Positions 8,209-16,935 of a stretch of DNA of 64,000 nucleotides are shown here, in pieces (within the stretch, counting starts at the first letter, position 1; each line of letters begins with the position of its first letter). The stretch is from a virus: positions 74,255-138,254 of the IMG/VR virus record IMGVR_UViG_3300046559_000446, one strand, 5' to 3'. The notes beneath the pieces were generated by a model that saw only the letters and a program-made list of their open reading frames with translations, did not search any database and was not told where the DNA came from. The translations under genes were made by a program, and so were the position numbers.

Positions 8209-8523
8209 ATGTCCAAGATCTACCTCCCCATTTCCAAAGGCCCCTACCTCAAGAAAGAGGGCAACTGGGTTCGCGAGAACCCGCTCTGCGACCTGACCTT
8301 CGACGCCCTGCTCAAGGATCTGGTCGATGGTCAGTATGACGACGAGATCGTCTCGATCATCGAGATCGACCTGGTCGCCGGCACCTCGAAAGAGGTGATC
8401 GACGAGTTCGCGGACGCGGTCTACGCCAAGGTCGAGGCCGACTGGCGCCCGATTGGCGCGGACCTGGCCGAATGGCTGGCTGATCGCGGGTTCCAGGTGT
8501 CTCAGAGCGGGGGAGAACGCTGA
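8209..8523 (+). CDS. Hypothetical early protein
   Basis: 104-aa acidic ORF with typical codon usage. Confidence 0.7.
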   Translation: MSKIYLPISKGPYLKKEGNWVRENPLCDLTFDALLKDLVDGQYDDEIVSIIEIDLVAGTSKEVIDEFADAVYAKVEADWRPIGADLAEWLADRGFQVSQSGGER

Positions 8524-8612
8524 TGAGCGCCTTCTGGAAAGACGCCATCCTGGTCGCCCTCGCGACCCTCGCCATCCTGGGCTATGTGAACCTGGTTGAA
8601 AATTTTTTCTGA
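8523..8612 (+). CDS. Single-TM peptide (29 aa)
   Basis: GGAG RBS, TGATG overlap; MSAFWKDAILVALATLAILGYVNLVENFF. Confidence 0.5.
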   Translation: MSAFWKDAILVALATLAILGYVNLVENFF

Positions 8613-8619
8613 AATCAGG

Positions 8620-8660
8620 TTGACAGGCGAACACGGTGTGTCCTATAAGGGGACATCAGC
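8620..8660 (+). promoter_or_regulatory. Sigma70-like early promoter, copy 3
   Basis: TTGACA(8620-25)-N18-TATAAG(8644-49) with the shared core. Confidence 0.8.
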
Positions 8661-8675
8661 AACGAGGACACACCG

Positions 8676-9110
8676 ATGAAACTCTCCACCGCCCGCCTCA
8701 CAGACATCGCCGCGATCAACAAGTTCCTGTTCGCCGGCAACGCCACTTTCACCCTGGTGTCGGCCAAGACCGGCGCTCGCTACACCTTCAAGGCGCGTCA
8801 CTGCGGCGACGAAGGCAAGGATCTGTTTTTCGTGTCGGTCCTGACCGGCGCCGACAACGAGGCCTCCTACACCTACCTGGGCCAGTTCGTCGGCATGCGC
8901 GGGTTCCAGCATGGCCGCAAATCGACGATCAGCGCCGAGGCGCCGTCGGCCAAGGCCCTGGCCTGGTTCTCCAAGTTCCTGAACACCGCGAGCCTGCCCG
9001 ATGTGGTCGAGTTCTGGCACGAGGGCAAGTGCTGCCGCTGCGGTCGCAAATTGACCGTCCCCGCTTCCATCGCTTCCGGCATTGGTCCGGAATGCGCCAC
9101 CAAGATCTGA
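8676..9110 (+). CDS. DUF6011-like zinc-ribbon protein
   Basis: C-terminal CCRCGRKLTVPASIASGIGPEC motif; N-terminal AGNATFTLVSAKTG pattern. Confidence 0.8.
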   Translation: MKLSTARLTDIAAINKFLFAGNATFTLVSAKTGARYTFKARHCGDEGKDLFFVSVLTGADNEASYTYLGQFVGMRGFQHGRKSTISAEAPSAKALAWFSKFLNTASLPDVVEFWHEGKCCRCGRKLTVPASIASGIGPECATKI

Positions 9111-9121
9111 GGATTTCTCTG

Positions 9122-10054
9122 ATGAAAAAGCTTGCTCTCCTGGCTTCCCTGCTGTGCTCCGTCTCGGCCCAGGCCGCCGAATACAAGATCGTCAACATGC
9201 CGAGCGGCGACATCCTCGCCGTCGAGGGCGACATCAATTATGGCGAAGAAACGGTTTTCGAGGCCCGCCTGGCCGATATCGCCAAGGCCGGCCACACCGT
9301 CACCGGGATCGGCCTCAACTCGCCTGGCGGCAACGTCTACACCGCCGAGGCCATGGCGATCATTGTCGCCAAGCAGGGCTACACCGTCATGGTCGCCAAT
9401 GGCGATATGTGCGCCTCGTCCTGCTTTCTGATCCTGGCCGCCGGCAAGGAAAAGCTGGTCATGGCCGACGCTAAGATCGGCGTCCATGGGGCCAGCATGA
9501 ACGGCAAAGAGGACACCAGCGCCGCCAAGGTCACGCTCTTGATGATCGCGGATCTGAAAGAGTACGGCGTCCCGCCGGCGATCCTGGGCAAGCTGGCGAT
9601 GACCGGCAACAGCGAGGTGTCCTGGCTCGATAGCGCGGACCTGCGCAGCATGGGCGTCGATATCGTGCCGGTCAAACCCAAGGCGGCTGCGGCGCCCGCG
9701 TCCATGCCCAGGCCTTCTGCTGCGCCGCCGGCGCCGGCCAGCAATACGATCAACTGGTCTGGCTCCTGGGGCGACTACGTCGATCAGGCCGCTCGCTGGT
9801 CGAAAGAGAGCTACGGCAAGCTGAACCTGTCGCGGGTCATGCATAACGACGGCTCTTACCTGTTGAGCATCAGCTATGTGTCGAACACCAAGAAGCGGGT
9901 CGAGCTTGTGGAGAACCACACCACCGGCGCTGAGAAGGAATTTGACGCCTGGACCTGCGTCCACTACTCGGACGCACTCAAGAAGTGCCGTGGCTGGGGC
10001 ATTCAGCAATGGGACACCTACAACAAGATCAACGCAAGATGGGTGAAGCAATGA
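9122..10054 (+). CDS. Secreted ClpP/crotonase-fold peptidase-like protein (COG3904-like)
   Basis: Signal peptide MKKLALLASLLCSVSAQA; LNSPGG, CASSC and IGVH motifs; Pro/Ala linker; separate C-terminal domain. Confidence 0.75.
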   Translation: MKKLALLASLLCSVSAQAAEYKIVNMPSGDILAVEGDINYGEETVFEARLADIAKAGHTVTGIGLNSPGGNVYTAEAMAIIVAKQGYTVMVANGDMCASSCFLILAAGKEKLVMADAKIGVHGASMNGKEDTSAAKVTLLMIADLKEYGVPPAILGKLAMTGNSEVSWLDSADLRSMGVDIVPVKPKAAAAPASMPRPSAAPPAPASNTINWSGSWGDYVDQAARWSKESYGKLNLSRVMHNDGSYLLSISYVSNTKKRVELVENHTTGAEKEFDAWTCVHYSDALKKCRGWGIQQWDTYNKINARWVKQ

Positions 10055-10128
10055 TGCAGACTATGTGGATGCTTATCGTGGGATTCGCGATTATCTATAT
10101 GGTGATCGCGGCGGTATTTAGGAGGTAA
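10051..10128 (+). CDS. Single-TM peptide (25 aa)
   Basis: ATGA overlap; MMQTMWMLIVGFAIIYMVIAAVFRR; its 3' end supplies the GGAGG RBS of the next gene. Confidence 0.45.
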   Translation: MMQTMWMLIVGFAIIYMVIAAVFRR

Positions 10129-10130
10129 AA

Positions 10131-10334
10131 ATGAAAACACACCCGTCAATTACTATTGACCGCCTCTTGGATGCGGTCGAGCGCCGCGATCATTGCCTGG
10201 ACAATCCGGGCTTCTGCATCGCATGCGGCGGCGAGCAGGATGGCTGCGAACCGGACGCCAGGAAATACGTCTGCGAGGCCTGCGGCAAGCGGGCGGTGTA
10301 CGGCGCCGAGGAGATCCTGCAATGCATTTCATGA
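10131..10334 (+). CDS. Small zinc-finger phage protein
   Basis: GFCIACG...CEPDARKYVCEACG motif. Confidence 0.75.
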   Translation: MKTHPSITIDRLLDAVERRDHCLDNPGFCIACGGEQDGCEPDARKYVCEACGKRAVYGAEEILQCIS

Positions 10335-10447
10335 TCGGATTCGGGATTTTCGTGCTGTGCTGGGGCCTGTTCCCGCGCGTCATGGGCTGGATCACCCTGC
10401 TGGCTGTCGTCGCTCTCGTCTTGACCATTGGAGGGTCGCACCAATGA
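10331..10447 (+). CDS. Small membrane protein (38 aa)
   Basis: ATGA coupling, strongly hydrophobic. Confidence 0.5.
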   Translation: MIGFGIFVLCWGLFPRVMGWITLLAVVALVLTIGGSHQ

Positions 10448-10650
10448 ACTGGAAACCGGAGGTTAAAATCAGCGGAAACTGGGAGCACAATCGCCTGGTG
10501 TTCGCGACCAAGGAAGAGGCCGAAATCAGCGCGCATAGCCTGTTCATGCGCTGGACCCTGGCCGAGGATCACCGGGCCGTCGAGAGCAGCGACCCGGTCA
10601 ACTACGTCATCATCGACGGCGAAATGTCGCCGGTCAGGGAGGGGGCTTGA
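10444..10650 (+). CDS. Conserved-type phage hypothetical protein
   Basis: MNWKPEV...NRLVFATKEEAE...WT...RAVESSDPVNY pattern; GGAGG RBS. Confidence 0.7.
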   Translation: MNWKPEVKISGNWEHNRLVFATKEEAEISAHSLFMRWTLAEDHRAVESSDPVNYVIIDGEMSPVREGA

Positions 10651-10754
10651 CCCTCGCCTTTATCATCATTCTCCTGGCGGCCAGCGCGCCCAAAACCATG
10701 CTGGCCGGCTTAATTGCAACCCTCATCACCCTGAACTGGACGAGAACCCAATGA
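10647..10754 (+). CDS. Small membrane protein (35 aa, TTG start)
   Basis: TTGA and ATGA coupling; hydrophobic LAFIIILLAASAPKTMLAGLIATLITL. Confidence 0.4.
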   Translation: MTLAFIIILLAASAPKTMLAGLIATLITLNWTRTQ

Positions 10755-11026
10755 ACAACAGACCCGAATTTCCCTTTCCGCCCATGCTCTACGGCAATGT
10801 CGAAGGGATGGAAGAGCCAATCATTACCGCCGCAGTCGATGTGGGCGAGGATCTGAGCTTTCTGCCGCCCGACGCCATAATCAACGTCGGCATGCTGCTG
10901 ATCGTCATGGGCGTCAATGGCATGGACGCCTGCCCCGACCCGATTGCGACGCTCAACAAGGTGCGGGATTGCGCCTTTGCTTCGCTGGAAAACCTGCGCA
11001 AATACACCCAAGAGAGGACAAACTGA
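10751..11026 (+). CDS. Hypothetical protein, paralog A
   Basis: 91 aa; shares YGN/DL..PP/N.GMLLIV/DCA..SL.N.R with the next gene. Confidence 0.7.
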   Translation: MNNRPEFPFPPMLYGNVEGMEEPIITAAVDVGEDLSFLPPDAIINVGMLLIVMGVNGMDACPDPIATLNKVRDCAFASLENLRKYTQERTN

Positions 11027-11307
11027 TGAGCACGGAAATGAACTTCGACAGGCATGCGCCGACTTTTTACGGCAATATCAGCATGCTCGAGAAACTCACG
11101 CTCGGCATGATGCTGACGCGGCTGCTGAAGGGCGACCTGGCGCTGGCGCCGCCAAAGTTCCTGCTGAACCTTGGCATGCTGCTGATCGTCTCGGCCATGC
11201 AGCGCATGAAGACCGACAAGCCCGACGCCATCATGGCCGACATTTCCGACTGCGCCGTGCGCTCCCTGTCCAACATGCGAGCCTGGATGCATGACAATGA
11301 AATGTAA
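11026..11307 (+). CDS. Hypothetical protein, paralog B
   Basis: GAGG RBS, TGATG overlap, 93 aa. Confidence 0.7.
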   Translation: MSTEMNFDRHAPTFYGNISMLEKLTLGMMLTRLLKGDLALAPPKFLLNLGMLLIVSAMQRMKTDKPDAIMADISDCAVRSLSNMRAWMHDNEM

Positions 11308-11497
11308 TCAGTGCCGGTTCTACGATCCGCTCTCCAAGCCGTGGGAGTGGCGCGGCTCCTGCAACATCAAGCTGCCGCCTGGCGCTATTATGGACGCCAA
11401 CGGGGGCTATATTCCCGACAGGTTCACGCGCGGCGATTCGGGCTGCGATCTGGGCCAGCCGATTGAAGAAAAGGAGGAAACAGCCGATGACGCCTGA
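11291..11497 (+). CDS. Small Cys-containing protein
   Basis: CxxCxxY...GxC...C pattern. Confidence 0.6.
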   Translation: MTMKCNQCRFYDPLSKPWEWRGSCNIKLPPGAIMDANGGYIPDRFTRGDSGCDLGQPIEEKEETADDA

Positions 11498-11714
11498 AAT
11501 GTTGGAAACCGTGGGCCAGAACCTGTTCGGCGCTCATTGGATCGGGGAACTGGCCGCGCGCTTGAACGTGGCGCCGCGTACGGTTCGGCGCTGGGCCAGG
11601 GGTGAGTTCGCCATGCCAAAGGACGCCCAGGAGGCTCTGGGGGTGATCGCGCAGGAGCGGGTCCGGGAGGCGGCGCGCGCTTTGGAGGGGTTGCTTGGCG
11701 CTGGACAGAATTGA
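11487..11714 (+). CDS. Cro/XRE-like HTH DNA-binding protein
   Basis: GGAGG RBS; WIGELAARLNVAPRTVRRWARGE helix-turn-helix. Confidence 0.75.
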   Translation: MTPEMLETVGQNLFGAHWIGELAARLNVAPRTVRRWARGEFAMPKDAQEALGVIAQERVREAARALEGLLGAGQN

Positions 11715-11751
11715 AATCCGGGCCTAAGTTGGACGCCCCAAATAAACAAGA

Positions 11752-11780
11752 CCCCGGCCTTGCGGCTGGGGCCTTGGTCT
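11752..11780 (+). terminator. Terminator candidate closing the early small-gene operon
   Basis: ccccggcc-ttgc-ggctgggg hairpin; weak U tract. Confidence 0.45.
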
Positions 11781-11918
11781 GCACTACCACCGGGAGAACG
11801 GACGACGGGACGACAGGAGAATAGTCAGTGGACGCTGACTTGACAGCAATTTAGGCTCCCCCGTCATCATTGTCAACGAACAGCCTTGCATTTTGCAGGG
11901 GCGGGAGAGCTTTGCGCG

Positions 11919-12572
11919 ATGGCTGACTATGATGTTGAAAAGATCAAGAAAATTATCGCCATGCTGTCGAGCGAACACGATGGCGAGGCTGCTGCGGCTG
12001 CAAGAATGCTTTGCATTCACGCAAAAAAGCAGGGCCACAACGTCACAGAAATGATGGCGGCGGTTTTTGGCGGGGGCGGCGGCGGCATGCTGCAGTATAG
12101 GCTCGACGCCGCCTTGCACATGGTCGAGGTCGCCAAAGAGGCGGTCGCGGTGGCGCTGGCTAAGGCCGAAGAAGAGAAGGCCAAGCGCATCGCGCTGGAG
12201 CGCCATCGAGACGCAGGCTTTACGGCAACGTCGGCGCCGCGCCCGCAGCAAGAGGATCGATCCGCCTTCTGGAACGCAGCAGCCAACGCACGGGCGTCGA
12301 GCAATCCCGATCCCTGGGCTTGGGGAGCGCCGCCGTGGGGGGCCAAGCCCTCGCCCCCACCGCCGCCCTGGATGGACATCCTGCGCGATATGTTCGACCG
12401 GCACGGCGTGTCCATGCTGACGCAATGGGAGCAAAATTTTGTCGTTGACCTGATCGACCGAGGCATCCGCCATCCGAGCGAAAAGCAAGAGGCGGTGATT
12501 GTCAGGATCGTGGCGAAATACCGCACATGGGAAGACACTGGAAATTGTGGTTTTCACAGCGTCGGGCGATAG
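11919..12572 (+). CDS. Hypothetical protein with N-terminal LSSEHDGEAAAAA motif
   Basis: 217 aa; coiled coil, Pro-rich linker, C-terminal LTQWEQNFV...SEKQ domain. Confidence 0.7.
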   Translation: MADYDVEKIKKIIAMLSSEHDGEAAAAARMLCIHAKKQGHNVTEMMAAVFGGGGGGMLQYRLDAALHMVEVAKEAVAVALAKAEEEKAKRIALERHRDAGFTATSAPRPQQEDRSAFWNAAANARASSNPDPWAWGAPPWGAKPSPPPPPWMDILRDMFDRHGVSMLTQWEQNFVVDLIDRGIRHPSEKQEAVIVRIVAKYRTWEDTGNCGFHSVGR

Positions 12573-12577
12573 ACAAA

Positions 12578-12610
12578 GAAACGGGGGCTTGCGCCCCCGT
12601 TTGCAGTTTT
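12578..12610 (+). terminator. Intrinsic terminator candidate
   Basis: aaacgggggc-ttgc-gcccccgttt hairpin followed by T-rich sequence. Confidence 0.65.
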
Positions 12611-12667
12611 TGCCCAAACAACACACCCAAAAGGCAGACCCGAACGATGGAAAAGGGACCGACTTAG

Positions 12668-15544
12668 ATGTCGAATATAGATCACGGTTCAGGCGGAAGC
12701 AAGGGCGGCGGCGGGGGCGGCTCGCAATATCGGTTTTTTCAGATGATGGCTAATTATGCCGATTTGCTGATCGACGCCGGCTATCCCATCATCCCGGTCA
12801 AGGGCAAGATCCCGACAGACGAAGGTTGGCTGGATCGAAAATACAGCAAGAGCGACATGCGCGAGCGCATGCTGGCCGGCGGCAATATCGGCCTGCCCCT
12901 GGGCCGTGAAGTGGGCGACGACATGGCGCTGGTGTCCATCGACGTCGATATCCCATTTCTGGCCCCTGCCGAGGCGGTGCGCGGCGTCATGCCAGACGGG
13001 CCGACCTGCTATGGAAATCAGCCAAAATTTAAGATGATCGCGCGTGTGCCCCTGGCCGAAGCTTATTCGCGGGATTATCCCTTTGTGCGCTACAACGGCG
13101 CCGGCGAGGAAAAAATCCAGGTCCAGGTGCTGGGCAAGGGCAAACAAGCGGTGATTTTCGGCATCCATCCCGAAACCGGCAAAATGTATTTTTGGGACGC
13201 CGATTCGCAGCAACGGCGCATTTTCGAAATGGCGCCGGATGATTGGCCGGCAATTAACAACATCGAGACGCTGATAGGATCGATAGCGCGGGCGCTGGAG
13301 CCGTTCGGCTGGTCCCGGCGGGCGTCAGGCGTCGGCGGGGCGTCGCCGCGCGCCCAGGCCTATCCGGAGGGCGTCGAGATCCCGGAGCATATCCTGGACG
13401 CGGTCGAAGCTTACCTGAACCGCGAGATCGCCGTCCTGGCCGGCATGGCGCCTGGCACGGGGCGCGGGACCAAAGCTTTCGAAATCGGCTGCTGGGCCGG
13501 GTTCGCGCTGCGCGATGGCGGCATTGATTTTGACGCGGTGCGGGCCGAGGTGTCGGACGCCCTGGGCGAAAATCAAAAAGACCTGCGACAATTCGACAAT
13601 GGCGTGGCTAAGTCGGACGGGCAGCAATTCGCAGAGCCAAAAATCGACTGGAACGCCGAGGCGGCAAAGATGGGCGGGCCTGGGCCAGCGCCAAACGTCA
13701 CCTCAATCGGCCATGACGGCTACAGGATCGCCCTCGCCACGCTGCACCGGACCCTTGAGCGCCGGCATGTGCTGCGCCATGGCACAGACACGTCATATGC
13801 GGCGCTGATCGCGGAGGCGGCGACCCTGTCCTGGCGTGGTTCGCTTTACCGCAACATGGCCGGCGATGTGGTGCGGGTGATGCCGTCCGCCGGCGCGCAT
13901 GGCACGGCGGCGCCAAAGGGCACGTTGAAGGATCCGACGCCGCCGCAAGTGCGGGTATCGGTTCCGGATGATTGCGAGGTGCGGCTGATGATCGGGGACG
14001 CGGTCACAACCTGGGAGCGGGTCAGGATCCCGGACGAGGGCGGGCCGTCGCATATCGTGATCAATCGCGACCCCAACGGCGAGGACATATCGTGGAGGGG
14101 CGCCGGCGGGCTGAAGGTCGAGGGCGCCAAAACCTCGATCTGGGCCAGGCGCGCGGCGCACAATCACGGGCGCGAGGCCTGGATTGACGACCGCGACGCC
14201 TGGGTGAAATGCGCCTTGCCCAAGGGCGAAGGGATTAAGGCGGTGGTGAAGGCCTTCCGGACCAATGCCGGCACAGTGGGGACGCCGTGGCTGCGCTCGG
14301 TATCGACGGCGCCGTCTTTCGGCAGGGACGGGCGGCTGCTGATGGATGACGGGCCGCTGGAGACGGCGGCGGGTGAAATCGTGTTTACGGTCCAGGGGGC
14401 GATGCGCGGCCACGTCAAGCTGATGCATATTGACGACGCCAAGAAGGTGCTGATGGACTTCCTGGCCCTGTTTCCGTTCGCTGACGACGTGAGCGAATCG
14501 GTGGGCCTGGCGCTGTTCCTGTCGCTGATCGCGCGCGGGGCCTTTGGCGTGGGGCCGGCTTACGTGATCGACGCGCCGGATTATGGCGCCGGCAAAACTT
14601 TTCTGGCCGGCAAGCTGGGGCTGTTTTCGGGGCAACCCATGAACCTTATCCCGTGCGGCGTGGACAAGGGCGAAGAGGAATTAAGCAAGCGTTTCGAGAC
14701 GGCGCTGATGACGGAGGCGAGCGGGATGCTTTTGCTCGATGATGTGCCGCATGGAAAGATGCCGAACTTTCCGACGATGCGAACCTACCTAAGCGCGACC
14801 ACGCCAGAGCTAAAAATCCGGCGGTTCGGCAAAAACGACGATCACAAGACAGTCAGGACGGACGCGACCACGCTTGCGGTCACCGGCTGCGCGGTCGAAG
14901 TGAGCAAGGACATGGTGCGGCGGGTGCTGCGCACGAACCTGGATCCGCGCAAGGCGGCGGACAGGGTGGAGTGGGAGGCCGAGGCCTGCCGGCTGGACCT
15001 GGACGCCATGTATGCAGACCCGGCAGCGCACGGGCGCGTCCTGGGGGCCGCGCTGACGGTCCTAGACCATAACTGGCGCACCAGGCCGGCCAGGCTCGAT
15101 CCGTCGCAGAATTACGAAGCTTGGTCGCGGGTGGTCAGGGAAGCTTGCAAGGCGGTCACTAATTTTGATCCGGACGATTCCAGGGCGGTGCTTGAGGCGA
15201 TGGACGCCGATCATGAGCAATGGAGCGACACGCTGCTGGCGGTCAAGGCGGTGATGGACGGCAAGCCGTTCACGGTCGCGGAACTTGTGGAGAAAGCGCA
15301 GGCGTCGGGGAGCACGTTCGGGAGCGTGGGCGCGCCTAGCCCGGCTCAGGCGGCGCTCGATCACCTCATAGATGAATTTGAACTGCACCGCATCAAAGCA
15401 AGCCGGTTTGCGAAACGGCTGGGCCGGTTCCTGCTCAAGCATCGCGATAGGCCATTGTGGGAAAAGGGTAAGGAAATTTTCTTGCGCCAGGCCGCCAAGC
15501 GAACACAGTTTAAGGGCGAAAAGACGGTCTGGCGGTTCGAATAG
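12668..15544 (+). CDS. Bifunctional primase-polymerase (Prim-Pol) fused to a P-loop helicase-like domain
   Basis: N-terminal GYPIIPV...NIGL...DVDI...GIHPETG Prim-Pol motifs; Walker A DAPDYGAGKT and Walker B LLLDD. Confidence 0.85.
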   Translation: MSNIDHGSGGSKGGGGGGSQYRFFQMMANYADLLIDAGYPIIPVKGKIPTDEGWLDRKYSKSDMRERMLAGGNIGLPLGREVGDDMALVSIDVDIPFLAPAEAVRGVMPDGPTCYGNQPKFKMIARVPLAEAYSRDYPFVRYNGAGEEKIQVQVLGKGKQAVIFGIHPETGKMYFWDADSQQRRIFEMAPDDWPAINNIETLIGSIARALEPFGWSRRASGVGGASPRAQAYPEGVEIPEHILDAVEAYLNREIAVLAGMAPGTGRGTKAFEIGCWAGFALRDGGIDFDAVRAEVSDALGENQKDLRQFDNGVAKSDGQQFAEPKIDWNAEAAKMGGPGPAPNVTSIGHDGYRIALATLHRTLERRHVLRHGTDTSYAALIAEAATLSWRGSLYRNMAGDVVRVMPSAGAHGTAAPKGTLKDPTPPQVRVSVPDDCEVRLMIGDAVTTWERVRIPDEGGPSHIVINRDPNGEDISWRGAGGLKVEGAKTSIWARRAAHNHGREAWIDDRDAWVKCALPKGEGIKAVVKAFRTNAGTVGTPWLRSVSTAPSFGRDGRLLMDDGPLETAAGEIVFTVQGAMRGHVKLMHIDDAKKVLMDFLALFPFADDVSESVGLALFLSLIARGAFGVGPAYVIDAPDYGAGKTFLAGKLGLFSGQPMNLIPCGVDKGEEELSKRFETALMTEASGMLLLDDVPHGKMPNFPTMRTYLSATTPELKIRRFGKNDDHKTVRTDATTLAVTGCAVEVSKDMVRRVLRTNLDPRKAADRVEWEAEACRLDLDAMYADPAAHGRVLGAALTVLDHNWRTRPARLDPSQNYEAWSRVVREACKAVTNFDPDDSRAVLEAMDADHEQWSDTLLAVKAVMDGKPFTVAELVEKAQASGSTFGSVGAPSPAQAALDHLIDEFELHRIKASRFAKRLGRFLLKHRDRPLWEKGKEIFLRQAAKRTQFKGEKTVWRFE

Positions 15545-15547
15545 TGT

Positions 15548-15858
15548 TAGGGGTTTGGGGAAAATTTTGGGGGTTTTATGGGGGTTTGCGTTTGAGCAAA
15601 CCCCTAACCATTTTTCCTGTTAAATCAATGGTTTAGGACGTAATACAGGGGTTTTAGGGGTTTTATTTTATATTTAAGGAATATTTTTTATATCTTATGT
15701 CTTAATATGAGACACATATGAATGATTTTTCTATATAAAGGTAGCTCGTAAAACCCCTAAAACCCCTAAAATCGAGAAAGGCCTTTAGAATCATGGTTTT
15801 AAGGCTAGGGGTTTGTTTGCCAGGGGTTTTATTTCAAACACCTAAGCAAACCCCTAAA
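15548..15858. repeat. Putative replication origin: about 10 (A)GGGGTTT iterons around an AT-rich core
   Basis: Perfect 18-bp inverted repeat aggggttttaggggtttt (15647-64) / aaaacccctaaaacccct (15750-67) flanks an 85-bp AT-rich spacer; further copies at 15548, 15598, 15806, 15821, 15848. Confidence 0.65.
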
Positions 15859-15907
15859 CGAAAGAAAGACGCCCGGAGGCGTCAATCTAGTTGACTTTCG
15901 TTAAAGG

Positions 15908-16114
15908 TCACGATTTCGTATACGTCATGACTTGTTTTTGTGACATGCCGGTGCGGATCATGAGGCGCAGGAACATTGCGACAGGCAATGGCGGCCCGAT
16001 ATGCTGCCAGTGCTGATAGTGGGTCTGCCGAGAGTAGCCGAACAGGGCGGCGCATTGCGGCCCTGTTAGTTTGAGGTGGCGCAAGGCCATGCAATATTCG
16101 GTGGCGTCCATCAT
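15908..16114 (-). CDS. Small Cro-like HTH regulator
   Basis: LRHLKLTGPQCAALFGYSRQTHYQHW...PPLPVAMFLRLM pattern. Confidence 0.65.
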   Translation of the reverse strand: MMDATEYCMALRHLKLTGPQCAALFGYSRQTHYQHWQHIGPPLPVAMFLRLMIRTGMSQKQVMTYTKS

Positions 16115-16326
16115 TTGACCCTCGTCTTTTCAATGCGCCAGGTATATGCGGCGTTTTGGGTGATCGCCAAGCCTTCGTCGCGCCTGTCATGGTTGAAGCG
16201 CACGATGCGGAAGGCGTAGCGAAAGGCGGCGTCGCCGCGCTTGAAAGCGTCGTCGGCGCATCCCTGGCGATGGGCCGCCTGATCGGCGGCGCCACGGGCG
16301 GTTTTGAAGGTTTGGGCGAGAATCAT
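16111..16326 (-). CDS. Hypothetical protein (71 aa)
   Basis: AAGGA RBS before the ATG at 16326; coupled to the HTH gene. Confidence 0.6.
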   Translation of the reverse strand: MILAQTFKTARGAADQAAHRQGCADDAFKRGDAAFRYAFRIVRFNHDRRDEGLAITQNAAYTWRIEKTRVK

Positions 16327-16342
16327 GGCGGTTTTCCTTTGG

Positions 16343-16909
16343 TTAGCGCGCCAGGGAGGCGGCGTTGCGGGCCTTGATGGCGGCAATTTTGGCGTCGGTG
16401 TGGACCGAACGACGCTTGCCATAAGCGGCGCGAACCTGGCGGAAGCCGGCTTGCGTCAGGGCGCTTTCAGCGGCCAGGAGCACGGCGTCAACGACGTCGA
16501 AAGCGGCCTTTTGGGTGTCGTAGCTGCCGCCGTCCTGGCTCTCAGCGACCAAGTCGGCGGCATCGACGGCGGCCTGGATGTGCTGATCGATCACCAGGCG
16601 TTCGGCCTGATAGGCCTTCCACGAGGCGCGCTCGAAATCGCGCAGCGCCTTCATGTCATGCTTGGACATGCAGCCGTCCAGGTTTTCCAGGATGAAATCG
16701 GCGCCTTCTGCGGTCAAATGCATGGCGTCATGTTCGACGCGGATGAGGATCGGGCTGTTCAGGCGCAGCGACAGGTCTTTTTCTTCGCGGTTGCCGCAAT
16801 GGATGATGTGGCCGCCGGCGGTGAAATCAAGGTCGCTGCGAGCGCCTGTGATGATGGCGAGGACGGCGCGGTCGTTAACGGTGCGGGCGAGTGTCGGGGA
16901 AGTGGTCAT
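16343..16909 (-). CDS. Hypothetical protein
   Basis: 188 aa, GGAG RBS, coiled-coil C-terminus. Confidence 0.7.
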   Translation of the reverse strand: MTTSPTLARTVNDRAVLAIITGARSDLDFTAGGHIIHCGNREEKDLSLRLNSPILIRVEHDAMHLTAEGADFILENLDGCMSKHDMKALRDFERASWKAYQAERLVIDQHIQAAVDAADLVAESQDGGSYDTQKAAFDVVDAVLLAAESALTQAGFRQVRAAYGKRRSVHTDAKIAAIKARNAASLAR

Positions 16910-16935
16910 AACGTGTGCTCCTGTTCGGTGTCTCT

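Noticed and set aside
8636-9121. N-terminal 160 aa of the listed 472-aa ORF 8636-10054
   Set aside because: It starts inside a promoter and overlaps the DUF6011 gene out of frame. The signal peptide at 9122 marks the real start.
15548-15858. Eukaryotic telomere or contamination
   Set aside because: Only paired or dispersed copies occur, in both orientations, embedded between phage genes. This fits iterons better.
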